A stretch of DNA of 64,000 nt from an uncultured delta proteobacterium (GTDB taxonomy: Bacteria > Desulfobacterota > Binatia > UBA9968). The stretch lies in NCBI GenBank assembly GCA_963755715.1, contig CAVWLW010000074.1, forward strand, positions 96,001 to 160,000, given 5' to 3'. Every line of letters starts with the position of its first letter. Within the stretch, counting starts at the first letter, position 1. The notes below the pieces were generated by a model. The model ran no database searches. It worked only from the letters and a program-made list of their open reading frames with translations, and was not told the origin of the DNA. Below are positions 11,008-20,533 of the stretch, piece by piece. The position numbers and the translations under genes were made by a program.

Positions 11008-12123
11008 ATGCCGAAAATCGCCGTCGACGCGATGGGTGGTGATCGAGCTCCGCAAGTGGTTGTCGAAGGGGCGGTGCTCGCGGCCCAAAATCACAGTGTC
11101 GAAATAGTTCTGGTGGGCGACAAAGAGGCGATCGAGCGCGAGCTGGCCAAGCAGAAGGACGCGCCGAGATTTTCCATCGCCGCCGCTTCGCAAATCGTGC
11201 CGATGCGCGAGTCGCCGAGCGCCGCGCTGCGTATAAAAGATTCTTCGATGAAGGTCGGCTTCGAATTGATGAAGCGCGGCGAGGTCGATGCCGTGGTGAG
11301 CGCCGGCAACTCGGGTGCGATGATGGCTCTCGGGATGCTCGTGATGGGGACTTTGCCGCAGGTCGCCCGACCGGCCATTCTGGTGGTCGTGCCGACCTCG
11401 GATAAGGGCACGGTGATCATCGATGCCGGGGCGAACGTCGACTGCAAGCCGCACCACTTAGTTCAATTCGGTCTCATGGGATCGATTTACGCCGAGCGGA
11501 TTTTGGCCGTAGCGGAGCCGCGCGTCGGGGTTTTGAGCAATGGTGAAGAGGAAGGCAAGGGCAATGACCTGACGCGGGCGGCGAGCGCGCAACTCGCAGC
11601 CACGTTCGTCAACTTCATCGGCTATGTCGAAGGCCGGGACATCTTTAACAATAAAGTCGATGTCGTCGTCTGCGACGGCTTTACCGGTAACATCGCGCTC
11701 AAGACCATGGAGGGCGTCGCGAGCTTTGCCGGTGCGGTATTGAAAAGCGCCTTTCAAAAAAATCTTTCCAGCCGCGTGGGCTATTTGCTCAGCCGCAAGT
11801 CGCTGGCCGAAGCCTATCGGCGCTTAGACTATGCGGAATATGGCGGCGCGCCGCTGATTGGTTTGGACGGCGTGGCGATCATCGCTCACGGCGGCTCCAA
11901 TCCGCTGGCGATCAAGAATGCCATTCGGGCGGCGGGTGACGCCGTTGATCAACAGATCAATCGCCATATCGCCGACGCCTTGGGTGAGATGGACGGCGCA
12001 GCGGAAAAAAGAGAAGGCTTGCCGCGGAAACTGTGGCAGCGCTTTAAATCTAAAATCGAATCCTTAGGCGACAAGACGGAAGCCGAGAGCCATCCACCGG
12101 AACGGAGGCGGGGTGGCGATTAG
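11008..12123 (+). CDS. plsX: phosphate acyltransferase PlsX
   Basis: IAVDAMGGD, SAGNSGA, DAGANVD, VCDGFTGNIALK and YGGAPLIG motifs. Confidence 0.97.
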   Translation: MPKIAVDAMGGDRAPQVVVEGAVLAAQNHSVEIVLVGDKEAIERELAKQKDAPRFSIAAASQIVPMRESPSAALRIKDSSMKVGFELMKRGEVDAVVSAGNSGAMMALGMLVMGTLPQVARPAILVVVPTSDKGTVIIDAGANVDCKPHHLVQFGLMGSIYAERILAVAEPRVGVLSNGEEEGKGNDLTRAASAQLAATFVNFIGYVEGRDIFNNKVDVVVCDGFTGNIALKTMEGVASFAGAVLKSAFQKNLSSRVGYLLSRKSLAEAYRRLDYAEYGGAPLIGLDGVAIIAHGGSNPLAIKNAIRAAGDAVDQQINRHIADALGEMDGAAEKREGLPRKLWQRFKSKIESLGDKTEAESHPPERRRGGD

Positions 12124-13057
12124 TCATCTCGCCTTCGTTTTCCCAGGTCAAGGGTCTCAGTACGTCGGCATGGGGAAGGATCTCAGCGCCGAGTTTGCGC
12201 TCGCCCGCGAGACTTTCGCCGAGGCCGACGACGCGCTCGGATTTTCTCTCAGCGGACTTTGTTTCGATGGTCCCGAAGCCGATCTCAAGTTGACCGAGAA
12301 TACCCAACCGGCGATTCTCGCCGCATCGATCGCCGCTTTGCGAGTGCTCGAAGCCGAGACGCCGTTACGCCCCGCTTTTGTTGCCGGTCATAGCTTGGGC
12401 GAATATAGCGCGCTCGTTGCCGTCGGTGCGTTTAAGTTTAGTGATGCCGTCAAGGTTGTGCGCGAGCGCGGACGCTTGATGCAGCACGCTGTGCCAGCGG
12501 GCCAAGGCGCAATGGCGGTAGTGCTGGGCTTGGAGATGGATGCCGTGGGCGCGCTTTGCGTCGATGCGGCTTGCGGCGAAGTGGTGTCGCCGGCCAATTT
12601 CAACGGCGCTGGACAAGTGGTCATTGCCGGGGCGAGGAGCGCTGTTGAACGCGCGATGGCATTGGCGAAAGAGCGCGGCGCCAAAAGAGTATTGGATCTG
12701 CCCGTGAGCGCGCCGTTTCACTGCCAGCTCATGCAGCCAGCGGCGGAAGGTTTAGAACGGACACTCCACGACGTCGCGGTTCAGCCCTTCGATATCGGCG
12801 TCATCACCAACGCCGAAGCTGACGTCAATCGCAGCGCCGAGCGGGTCAAAGCTTTGCTGATCGAACAAGCGGTCCGGCCCGTGCGTTGGGAAGAGTCGGT
12901 TAAAAAACTGGTGGCCTTGAACTGCCATCGGGCCATTGAGATCGGTCCCGGCAAGATCCTGAAGGGGCTCATGAAGCGTATCGCGCCGACTATGGAACTG
13001 GAGAATTTCGAAACGCCGCAAGATCTATCGAAAGTTGTCTCGGCGTGGAGCCAATGA
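12113..13057 (+). CDS. fabD: malonyl-CoA:ACP transacylase
   Basis: FPGQGSQ, TQPA, GHSLGEY and VSAPFH motifs. Confidence 0.97.
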   Translation: MAISHLAFVFPGQGSQYVGMGKDLSAEFALARETFAEADDALGFSLSGLCFDGPEADLKLTENTQPAILAASIAALRVLEAETPLRPAFVAGHSLGEYSALVAVGAFKFSDAVKVVRERGRLMQHAVPAGQGAMAVVLGLEMDAVGALCVDAACGEVVSPANFNGAGQVVIAGARSAVERAMALAKERGAKRVLDLPVSAPFHCQLMQPAAEGLERTLHDVAVQPFDIGVITNAEADVNRSAERVKALLIEQAVRPVRWEESVKKLVALNCHRAIEIGPGKILKGLMKRIAPTMELENFETPQDLSKVVSAWSQ

Positions 13058-13798
13058 GTTTCGAGGGTCAAATTGCCTTGGTCACCGGCGCCAGCCGCGG
13101 CATCGGCCGAGCAATTGGACTGGCCTTCTCCCGTGTCGGCGCGTACGTTATCGTTAACTACCGTGGCAATGAGGCGGCGGCGCAAGAGTCATTGGCCGCT
13201 ATCGAGGCCGCGGGAGGGCACGGCGAGCTTTGCCAGTTCGACGTCGCGGAGGAAAGCCAAATCGAAGACGGCCGCGAAGAAAATCGTTGACCGTCACAAG
13301 AAAATTGATATTCTCGTCAACAATGCCGGCATCGCTTCCGATAATCTTCTGATGCGCGTCAAACCGGCGGATTGGGACGCAGTCATCGGGACCAATCTCA
13401 AGGGCACGGTCCTCTGCACAAAAATCGTTTCTCGTTATATGATCCGCCAGCACTATGGCCGGATCGTGAATTTATCTTCCGTGGTCGGACAAACGGGCAA
13501 CGTTGGACAGTCGCTCTACGCGGCGTCCAAGGCGGGAATCATCGGCTTCACGAAATCCCTGGCCCGCGAAGTGGCTTCGAGAAACGTGACGGTGAATGCC
13601 GTGGCGCCGGGCTTTATTGAAAGCGACATGACGGCTAAATTGCCGGAGCAGCTGCGCCAGGACTTTCTCCACTCGATCCCTCTCGGTCGCTTTGGCACTT
13701 GCGAGGAAGTCGCCGAAATGATTGTATTTCTCGCTGGGGAGAAGGCTGGCTATATTACCGGGCAAGTGTTCAATATTAACGGTGGGCTGTACATGTAA
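13054..13798 (+). CDS. fabG: 3-oxoacyl-ACP reductase, +1 frameshift near 13270 (probable sequencing error)
   Basis: VTGASRGIG in the first frame; [15 protein letters not shown] and [11 protein letters not shown] in the second. Confidence 0.93.
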
Positions 13799-13825
13799 CG
13801 AATCTGTAGCAGGAGGTATGTGAAG

Positions 13826-14062
13826 ATGGCGGCGTCTGTTCAGGCTAGGGTGAAAGAAATTGTCTGTGAGCAACTTGGGGTAAGCGCGGAAGAGGTGACC
13901 CCGGAAGCTTCCTTTATAGAAGACTTGGGTGCTGATTCTCTAGACATCGTCGAGCTGGTGATGGCGCTCGAAGAGGAATATGAGATGGAGATTTCCGACG
14001 AGGACGCGGAAAAAATAAAAACCGTCCAGGATGTCATCACCTACATCGAAGCTCATCGTTAG
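13826..14062 (+). CDS. acpP: acyl carrier protein
   Basis: [19 protein letters not shown]; AGGAGG RBS. Confidence 0.98.
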   Translation: MAASVQARVKEIVCEQLGVSAEEVTPEASFIEDLGADSLDIVELVMALEEEYEMEISDEDAEKIKTVQDVITYIEAHR

Positions 14063-14129
14063 GAACTCCGGATCGCGCAGAGCGCTTTCGGGCTGGTTGA
14101 TCACCCATCGGCCATCGGAGAAGCAACGC

Positions 14130-14177
14130 AAATCGCAGGGGAGTGGCGTCCAGGCCCACGTTCCTGCGATTTTCTTT
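14130..14177 (+). terminator. probable intrinsic terminator after acpP
   Basis: AAATCGCAGG...CCTGCGATTT inverted repeat followed by TCTTT. Confidence 0.5.
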
Positions 14178-14215
14178 ATCCCAAGATTGCGCTCGGCCAA
14201 TTCGCTGGAGAATTT

Positions 14216-14689
14216 ATGATCGCATTCGCCTGCGACCATGGCGGCGTGGAGCTTAAAGATTTTCTCGTCGATAGCTTGCGCACCGATGGCGTCGTTATCG
14301 GTGATTACGGCACCCACGGTAAGGATTCAGTCGATTACCCGGATTATGCGCGTGAAGTTTGCCGGCGCGTGGTCTCGGGAGAAGCAGCGCGCGGCGTGCT
14401 CGTCTGCACGAGCGGCATCGGTATGTCGATCATCGCCAATAAATTTCCCGGCGTGCGGGCCGCACTGGTGCAGGACCTAGACGGCGCGCGCTCGAGCCGC
14501 GAGCATAACGACGCCAACGTGCTGGTTCTGAGCGGCGCGAAGACCGACAAATCTTTGGCCCGACAAATCATCGACGCCTGGCTCGCCACGCCGTTCGCCG
14601 GTGGACGGCATCAGCGCCGGGTAGATAAGATCACTCAGACGGAAAAAGATCTCGGTATCCGGCTCATCGTCGAAGCGGAGAAGAAATAG
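14216..14689 (+). CDS. rpiB: ribose-5-phosphate isomerase B
   Basis: CDHGG, SVDYPD, CTSGIG, HNDANVL and GGRHQRR motifs. Confidence 0.95.
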   Translation: MIAFACDHGGVELKDFLVDSLRTDGVVIGDYGTHGKDSVDYPDYAREVCRRVVSGEAARGVLVCTSGIGMSIIANKFPGVRAALVQDLDGARSSREHNDANVLVLSGAKTDKSLARQIIDAWLATPFAGGRHQRRVDKITQTEKDLGIRLIVEAEKK

Positions 14690-14704
14690 AGCGAAGGAAG
14701 TCCT

Positions 14705-15973
14705 ATGTCATTTCTCGAACAAGCGGACCCAGCCGTGTTCTCGGCGATTCAGAAGGAAACGCAAAGGCTCGAAGGCAACCTGGAGCTGATCGCCTCGGAA
14801 AACGTCGTGAGCGAAGCGGTGTTGGAAGCGCAGGGCTGCGTGATGACCAACAAGTACGCGGAAGGCTATCCGGGCAAACGCTACTACGGCGGTTGCGAGT
14901 TCGTCGATGAAGTCGAGTCTTTGGCCATCGCGCGGGCAAAGGAGCTTTTTAGCGCCGATCATGCCAACGTGCAGCCCCATTCGGGCTCGCAGGCGAACAT
15001 GACGGTTTATTTGTCCGTGCTAAAACCGGGCGATACCTATCTAGGTATGAACCTGGCGCACGGCGGGCATCTGTCGATGGGTAGCCCGGTCAATTTTTCC
15101 GGGTTTATTTACAAAGTGATTCCTTACGGCGTGTCCGAGAAAACCGAAACGATCGATTACGACGAAGTCGAACGCTTGGCAAAAGAGCACCGTCCCAAAT
15201 TGGTTGTCGCTGGCGCTAGTGCCTATCCGCGCGTGATCGACTATCCGCGCTTTCGCAAAATTGCCGACGATATCGGCGCTTTGCTGATGGTGGACATGGC
15301 GCATATCGCTGGTTTGGTGGCGGCCGGGTTGCACCCGAGTCCGGTGCCGTACGCCGACTTTGTTACGACGACGACTCATAAGACCTTGCGTGGCCCGCGC
15401 GGTGGCATGGTGCTGTGCAAAGCCGAGCACGCCAAGACGGTCGATAGCAAAGTTTTTCCCGGCATGCAGGGCGGGCCGTTGATGCACGTGATTGCCGCCA
15501 AAGCGGTGGCGCTCAAGGAAGCCTTGAGCCCGGAATTTAAAATTTATCAGCAACAGATCGTCAAAAATGCTCAGACGCTCGCAAAGGGCTTGATGAGCCA
15601 TGGTTTCAGGCTGACTTCCGACGGCACCGACAATCATTTGATGCTCGTTGATCTGCGCAAATCCGAGTTGACCGGCAAGGTCGCTCAGGAGACGCTCGAT
15701 AAAGCGCGCATTACGGTGAATCGAAACGCCGTCCCGTTCGACACCCGTTCGCCGTTTGTCACCAGTGGGGTTCGCATCGGCACGCCGGCGGTGACGACGC
15801 GCGGCATGAAAGAGCCGGAAATGGCGATCATCGCGGATCTTATCGCGCGCGCTCTCGATCACGTGAGCGACGCCGCCGCGCTACGATCGATCGCCGACGC
15901 GGTCGGCGAGCTGTGCGGAAAATTTCCGGTTTATCCACACCGGCTGGGAAACGTGGAGCGCGATAGAAGATAG
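14705..15973 (+). CDS. glyA: serine hydroxymethyltransferase
   Basis: [21 protein letters not shown] and [13 protein letters not shown] motifs. Confidence 0.98.
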   Translation: MSFLEQADPAVFSAIQKETQRLEGNLELIASENVVSEAVLEAQGCVMTNKYAEGYPGKRYYGGCEFVDEVESLAIARAKELFSADHANVQPHSGSQANMTVYLSVLKPGDTYLGMNLAHGGHLSMGSPVNFSGFIYKVIPYGVSEKTETIDYDEVERLAKEHRPKLVVAGASAYPRVIDYPRFRKIADDIGALLMVDMAHIAGLVAAGLHPSPVPYADFVTTTTHKTLRGPRGGMVLCKAEHAKTVDSKVFPGMQGGPLMHVIAAKAVALKEALSPEFKIYQQQIVKNAQTLAKGLMSHGFRLTSDGTDNHLMLVDLRKSELTGKVAQETLDKARITVNRNAVPFDTRSPFVTSGVRIGTPAVTTRGMKEPEMAIIADLIARALDHVSDAAALRSIADAVGELCGKFPVYPHRLGNVERDRR

Positions 15974-16019
15974 AAGATCGCGGTTCGCGATCGGCCATTC
16001 ACGATCCTTAGTAAACGCT

Positions 16020-16523
16020 ATGAAATGTCCCTTTTGCCATGAGACGGAAAATCGCGTCATCGACTCGCGCTTGAGCAAAGACAGCAACATGATCCGGCGC
16101 CGGCGCGAGTGCGGGCGCTGCAGCCGGCGCTTTACCACCTACGAGCGAGTCGAGGAAATGATGCCTCTCGTCGTCAAAAAAGACGGACGGCGCGAGAGCT
16201 ACGATCGTTTGAAGATCATCAATGGCTTGAAACGGGCCTGCGAAAAACGTCCGGTCAGCATCAATACCATCGAAGCGATCGCTGACAGGATCGAACGAAC
16301 GATTCAAGAACGCGGCGAAAAAGAAGTCGCCAGCTCGGTCATCGGTGAAACTTTGATGCGCGAGTTGCACGACACCGATCCGGTGGCTTACGTGCGTTTT
16401 GCATCGGTGTATCGCTCTTTCAAAGACATCAGCGAGTTCATGGTCGAGCTCGAAGAGTTGCTGAAGGAACGCAAGGGCATGCCGCTTATCAAGGTCGCCG
16501 AGGCGCGCCAAAAGAGGGAATAG
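16020..16523 (+). CDS. nrdR: transcriptional repressor NrdR
   Basis: MKCPFC, RRRREC..C..RFTTYE and [10 protein letters not shown] motifs. Confidence 0.98.
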   Translation: MKCPFCHETENRVIDSRLSKDSNMIRRRRECGRCSRRFTTYERVEEMMPLVVKKDGRRESYDRLKIINGLKRACEKRPVSINTIEAIADRIERTIQERGEKEVASSVIGETLMRELHDTDPVAYVRFASVYRSFKDISEFMVELEELLKERKGMPLIKVAEARQKRE

Positions 16524-16528
16524 CATCT

Positions 16529-17633
16529 TTGTCGGCGTCACGCTGGAGCGCACAAGATCTCAGATATATCCGAAGGGCGTGCCGCTTGGCTCGAAAGGCG
16601 GCGGGCAGAACCAGCCCCAATCCCATGGTCGGCGCGGTTCTCGTGCGCGCCGGCCGAGTCGTCGGCGCTGGGTTCCACCAATTCGCTGGCGGTGATCATG
16701 CTGAAATCATCGCACTCAAGCGCGCCGGCGCGAAAGCGCGTGGCGCCACGCTCTATATTACGCTGGAGCCATGCAGCCATCAGGGGCGCACGCCGCCGTG
16801 TACCCGTGCGTTGATCGGCGCCGGTATCAAAGAGGTCGTCTGCGGCACGAGGGATCCCAATCCGCTGGTTGCGGGACGAGGCTTTCGCAAGCTCAGAACG
16901 AGCGGGCATCCAGGTGCGGGTCGGCGTTTTGGAAAACGAATGTCGCGCCCTGATCGAAAGTTTTTCTAAATTCATCACGCGTCGCCTGCCGTTCGTCACG
17001 CTAAAGCTAGCTGCGACCCTGGACGGCAAAATCGCCGCGGCGAGCGGCGACGCGCGCTGGATCAGCGGCGAAGATTCGCGCCTGACGGTGCACCGCATGC
17101 GCAACGAGGTTGACGCGGTCGTCGTTGGCATCGGCACGGTTAAAGCCGACGATCCGCAACTGACATGCCGGATCCCGGGCGGCCGCAATCCGCGGCGCAT
17201 TGTCCTCGATAGCCGCCTCGGCATCGACTTTTCCGCGGCGATCCTGCATCAGGTTGATCCGGCAAAGACGATCATCGTCACTGGCACGGCGGTTTCAATA
17301 ACAAAATTGCGCTCGCTCGAAGCGCTCGGCGCGCAGGTTTGGTCAATGCCACTTCGGCATCGAGAGGTGGCGTGGTTGCCCTTGCTGCGGAAACTCGCGG
17401 CTTTGGGCATTGTCAGCGTGATGATTGAAGGCGGCGCGGCGGTCGCCGCCTCGGCTCTCAAAGCCAAGATCGTGGACAAGATCATTTTTTTCTATGCGCC
17501 GAAGTTTATCGGCGGCGATGGACGGGCAATGATTGCTCCGTTGAACATCAGGCGCGTGCGAAACTCCATCCCGTTAAAAAAAATTCGTGTCGAGAAATCC
17601 GGCGCTGATTTGATGATCACCGGCTATTTTTAA
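16529..17633 (+). CDS. ribD: bifunctional riboflavin deaminase/reductase RibD, +1 frameshift near 16896
   Basis: PNPMVG, HAE and LEPCSHQGRTPPC, then KLAATLDG, DDPQLTCR and MIEGG in the next frame. Confidence 0.93.
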
Positions 17634-17680
17634 AACGGCAGCCTTGGACGGCAATCAACAATTCATTGGAAAATCAGAGC

Positions 17681-18274
17681 ATGTTTACCGGACTCATCGA
17701 AGACGTAGGGACGATCGGCGATTTGCGGCTGCAACAGAAGTCGGCGGTGCTGACCGTCAAAACCAAGTTGCCGGTTCGCTCGATGGCGCGTGGCGCGAGC
17801 GTGGCGGTCAATGGCGCTTGCTTGACCGTCGTCAAAAAGGGCCTGAGGTCGTTTACCGTGGACGTCTCGCCGGAAACTTTGCAGCGCACCAGCCTGGAAA
17901 CTTTAACCGTCGGTAGCATGGTTAATCTGGAGCGGCCGATGCGTTTAGCCGATCGGCTCGGCGGACATTTAGTGACGGGGCATGTGGACGGTGTCGGCGC
18001 GGTCGCGGCGATCGAAAAGCAAGGCGAGTTTACCATTATTACTTTCGAGGTGCCGGCGCCGCTCGGCGCCTTGCTGGTGCCGAAGGGATCGGTCGCCGTC
18101 GATGGCATCAGTTTGACGGTCAATGTTTGCCGCAAACAGCGATTTTCCGTGGCGATTATTCCGTTTACCTTGCGGCACACTAATTTGCGCGCCCGCAGGG
18201 TTGGTGATAAGGTTAACATCGAAACCGATTTGATCGGCAAATATGTGCAAAGCTTCATGCGCCAAAGCGGCTAG
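17681..18274 (+). CDS. ribE: riboflavin synthase (alpha)
   Basis: MFTGLIE N-terminus; GGHLVTGHVDG; VNIETD. Confidence 0.96.
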   Translation: MFTGLIEDVGTIGDLRLQQKSAVLTVKTKLPVRSMARGASVAVNGACLTVVKKGLRSFTVDVSPETLQRTSLETLTVGSMVNLERPMRLADRLGGHLVTGHVDGVGAVAAIEKQGEFTIITFEVPAPLGALLVPKGSVAVDGISLTVNVCRKQRFSVAIIPFTLRHTNLRARRVGDKVNIETDLIGKYVQSFMRQSG

Positions 18275-18312
18275 AACAACGCCGCGCAATTACACTCTGC
18301 ATTTTCGCTCTC

Positions 18313-19539
18313 ATGTCGCTCTCTAGCATCGAAGAAGGTCTCGAGGAGATCCGCAACGGCCGGATGGTGATCCTGGTAGACGAGGATGCGCCGGAGAGCG
18401 ACGGCTTTTTCTGTCTCGCGGCGGAAAAAGTTACGGCCCAAGCGGTCAATTATATGTTGCGTTACGGACGCGGCATTGTTTACGTGACGTTAGTGGACGA
18501 GCGCATTCGCGAACTCGGCATTCCTATGGTGCCGGAGGAGAACAGCCGACTGGCGGGATTGCTCTGCGGCGCGTCTTTTTCGATCAGTTTGGAAGGCGTG
18601 CACGGAGTTTCCGCACAGGGACGAGCGCACACGATTCAGGCGGCGATCGCTGACACGACCAAACATGAGGATCTCGTCATCCCCGGCCATGTGCAGCCGC
18701 TTCAGGCGCGCAGCGGCGGTGTTTTGGCACGCTCAGGCCGAACCGATGCATCGGTGGATTTGGCGCACTTGGCCGGCTTCAAGCCGGCGGGTGCGATTTG
18801 TCAGATCCTCGCCGACGACGGATCTGTGGCATTGCTGCCGGGGTTGAAGCGGCTCGCTGAAGAGCAGCATTTGAAAATCGTCTCGGTCGCGGATTTGATC
18901 GCCTATCGATTGCGCAACGAGAGCTTGGTCCGACGCGTCGCCGAAGAAGAGTTTCCCACCATTCACGGCGGCATGTATCGCGCCATTGTCTATCGCAACG
19001 AAGTCGACGGTCTGGAGCACATGGCGTTGGTCAAAGGCGATATCAGCCGCCCCGATCAGGTGCTGGTTCGGGTTCATTCCGAATGTCTGACCGGCGATGT
19101 GTTCGGCTCGGAGCGCTGCGACTGCGGCGATCAGATTCGTCAGTCGCTGCACTTGATCGACGAGCGCGGCCGAGGGGTGCTGATTTATATGCATCAGGAA
19201 GGGCGAGGCATCGGCTTGACCAACAAGATCAAAGCCTACGCATTGCAGGACCAGGGACGCGACACGGTCGAGGCCAACCTCGAATTGGGCTTTAAAGAAG
19301 ACTTGCGCGACTACGGCATCGCCGCGCAGATTTTGCGCGACTTGCGCGTGGAAAAAGTCGAGCTATTGACCAACAATCCGCGCAAGATCGCCGGGCTGGA
19401 AGTTTATGGCGTCAAAGTCGTCGAGCGCGTACCCTTGGAGGCGCCGCCGCGCGACAGCAATATTCATTATCTGCGAACGAAACAAATCAAGCTCGGCCAT
19501 TTGTTATCGAATCTCGAAGCCAAACCTGTGAAGCGATAG
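18313..19539 (+). CDS. ribBA: RibBA fusion: intact GTP cyclohydrolase II, degenerate DHBP synthase domain
   Basis: C-half has RVHSECLTGD...RCDC, QEGRGIGL and LLTNNP; N-half has the RibB fold pattern but altered catalytic motifs. Confidence 0.92.
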   Translation: MSLSSIEEGLEEIRNGRMVILVDEDAPESDGFFCLAAEKVTAQAVNYMLRYGRGIVYVTLVDERIRELGIPMVPEENSRLAGLLCGASFSISLEGVHGVSAQGRAHTIQAAIADTTKHEDLVIPGHVQPLQARSGGVLARSGRTDASVDLAHLAGFKPAGAICQILADDGSVALLPGLKRLAEEQHLKIVSVADLIAYRLRNESLVRRVAEEEFPTIHGGMYRAIVYRNEVDGLEHMALVKGDISRPDQVLVRVHSECLTGDVFGSERCDCGDQIRQSLHLIDERGRGVLIYMHQEGRGIGLTNKIKAYALQDQGRDTVEANLELGFKEDLRDYGIAAQILRDLRVEKVELLTNNPRKIAGLEVYGVKVVERVPLEAPPRDSNIHYLRTKQIKLGHLLSNLEAKPVKR

Positions 19540-19558
19540 AACACGCGCGGGCGCGGCC

Positions 19559-20026
19559 ATGAGCAAAATCATCGAAGGCAAGAAAGACGCGCAGGGCCTG
19601 AAAATCGGTATCGTCGTGAGCCGCTATAACCATTTTATTACGGAAAAATTACTCGATGGCGCCTTGGACGGATTTAAAAGCCACGGCGGGGACGATGACA
19701 AAGTAACGATCGTGCGGGTTCCCGGCGCTTTCGAGATTCCGCTGATCGCCGATAAGTTGGCGGCCAGCGGCCGATACGATGCGCTGGTCTGTTTGGGGGC
19801 GGTGATTCGCGGCGACACACCGCATTTCGATTATGTTTGCGACGCGGTCACACGCGGCATCGGCGCGGCAGTGCAGGCTCACAAGATTCCCATCGGCTTC
19901 GGTGTTCTGACGACCAACGACGTGCAGCAGGCGATGGAACGCGCCGGTGCGAAGGACGCCAACAAGGGTTATGAGGCGCTGTTGACAGTCGTCGAGATGA
20001 TCAGCGTGCTGCGCCAGTTAACGTAG
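19559..20026 (+). CDS. ribH: 6,7-dimethyl-8-ribityllumazine synthase
   Basis: VPGAFEIP, GAVIRGDTPHFDYV and NKG motifs. Confidence 0.97.
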   Translation: MSKIIEGKKDAQGLKIGIVVSRYNHFITEKLLDGALDGFKSHGGDDDKVTIVRVPGAFEIPLIADKLAASGRYDALVCLGAVIRGDTPHFDYVCDAVTRGIGAAVQAHKIPIGFGVLTTNDVQQAMERAGAKDANKGYEALLTVVEMISVLRQLT

Positions 20027-20065
20027 CATCGAACGGTTTTTACCATTCATACTTCAGAGTCACCA

Positions 20066-20524
20066 TTGTCGGCGGATCAAGACAGTTTTTTGCCCGGCCA
20101 TTCGGTCAAGGGCACACGGCGCAAGGGGCGTGAGCTGGCGCTCCAAGCGCTGTATCAGATCGAGATCACGAGCGATCCGTCGGTCGCGGCCGTGGATCTG
20201 TTCCTGCAACATTTCGAGGGCAATGCGGCGGCCAAAGAATTTGCCCGCCGCTTGGTTTCCGGGGTGGTGAGCCAGTCGGTTGAAATCGACCGGCTAATTG
20301 CTGAATGCACGGAAAATTGGAAGCTCGCGCGGTTGGCGAAAGTCGATCTGGTGGTGCTGCGCATGGCGACCTACGAATTGGTTTTTTGCCCCGACATCCC
20401 GTCGCGCGTCAGCTTGGATGAGGCCATCGAGATCGGCAAGCGCTTCGGCAGCGCCGAATCCGCCACTTTCATCAATGGAGTGTTGGATCACGTGGCGCAA
20501 TCCAGTGGTGTCAAATCGGACTGA
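20066..20524 (+). CDS. nusB: transcription antitermination factor NusB
   Basis: RRKGRELALQALYQ, EAIEIGKRFG and FINGVLD motifs. Confidence 0.96.
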   Translation: MSADQDSFLPGHSVKGTRRKGRELALQALYQIEITSDPSVAAVDLFLQHFEGNAAAKEFARRLVSGVVSQSVEIDRLIAECTENWKLARLAKVDLVVLRMATYELVFCPDIPSRVSLDEAIEIGKRFGSAESATFINGVLDHVAQSSGVKSD

Positions 20525-20533
20525 TCCAAGCTC

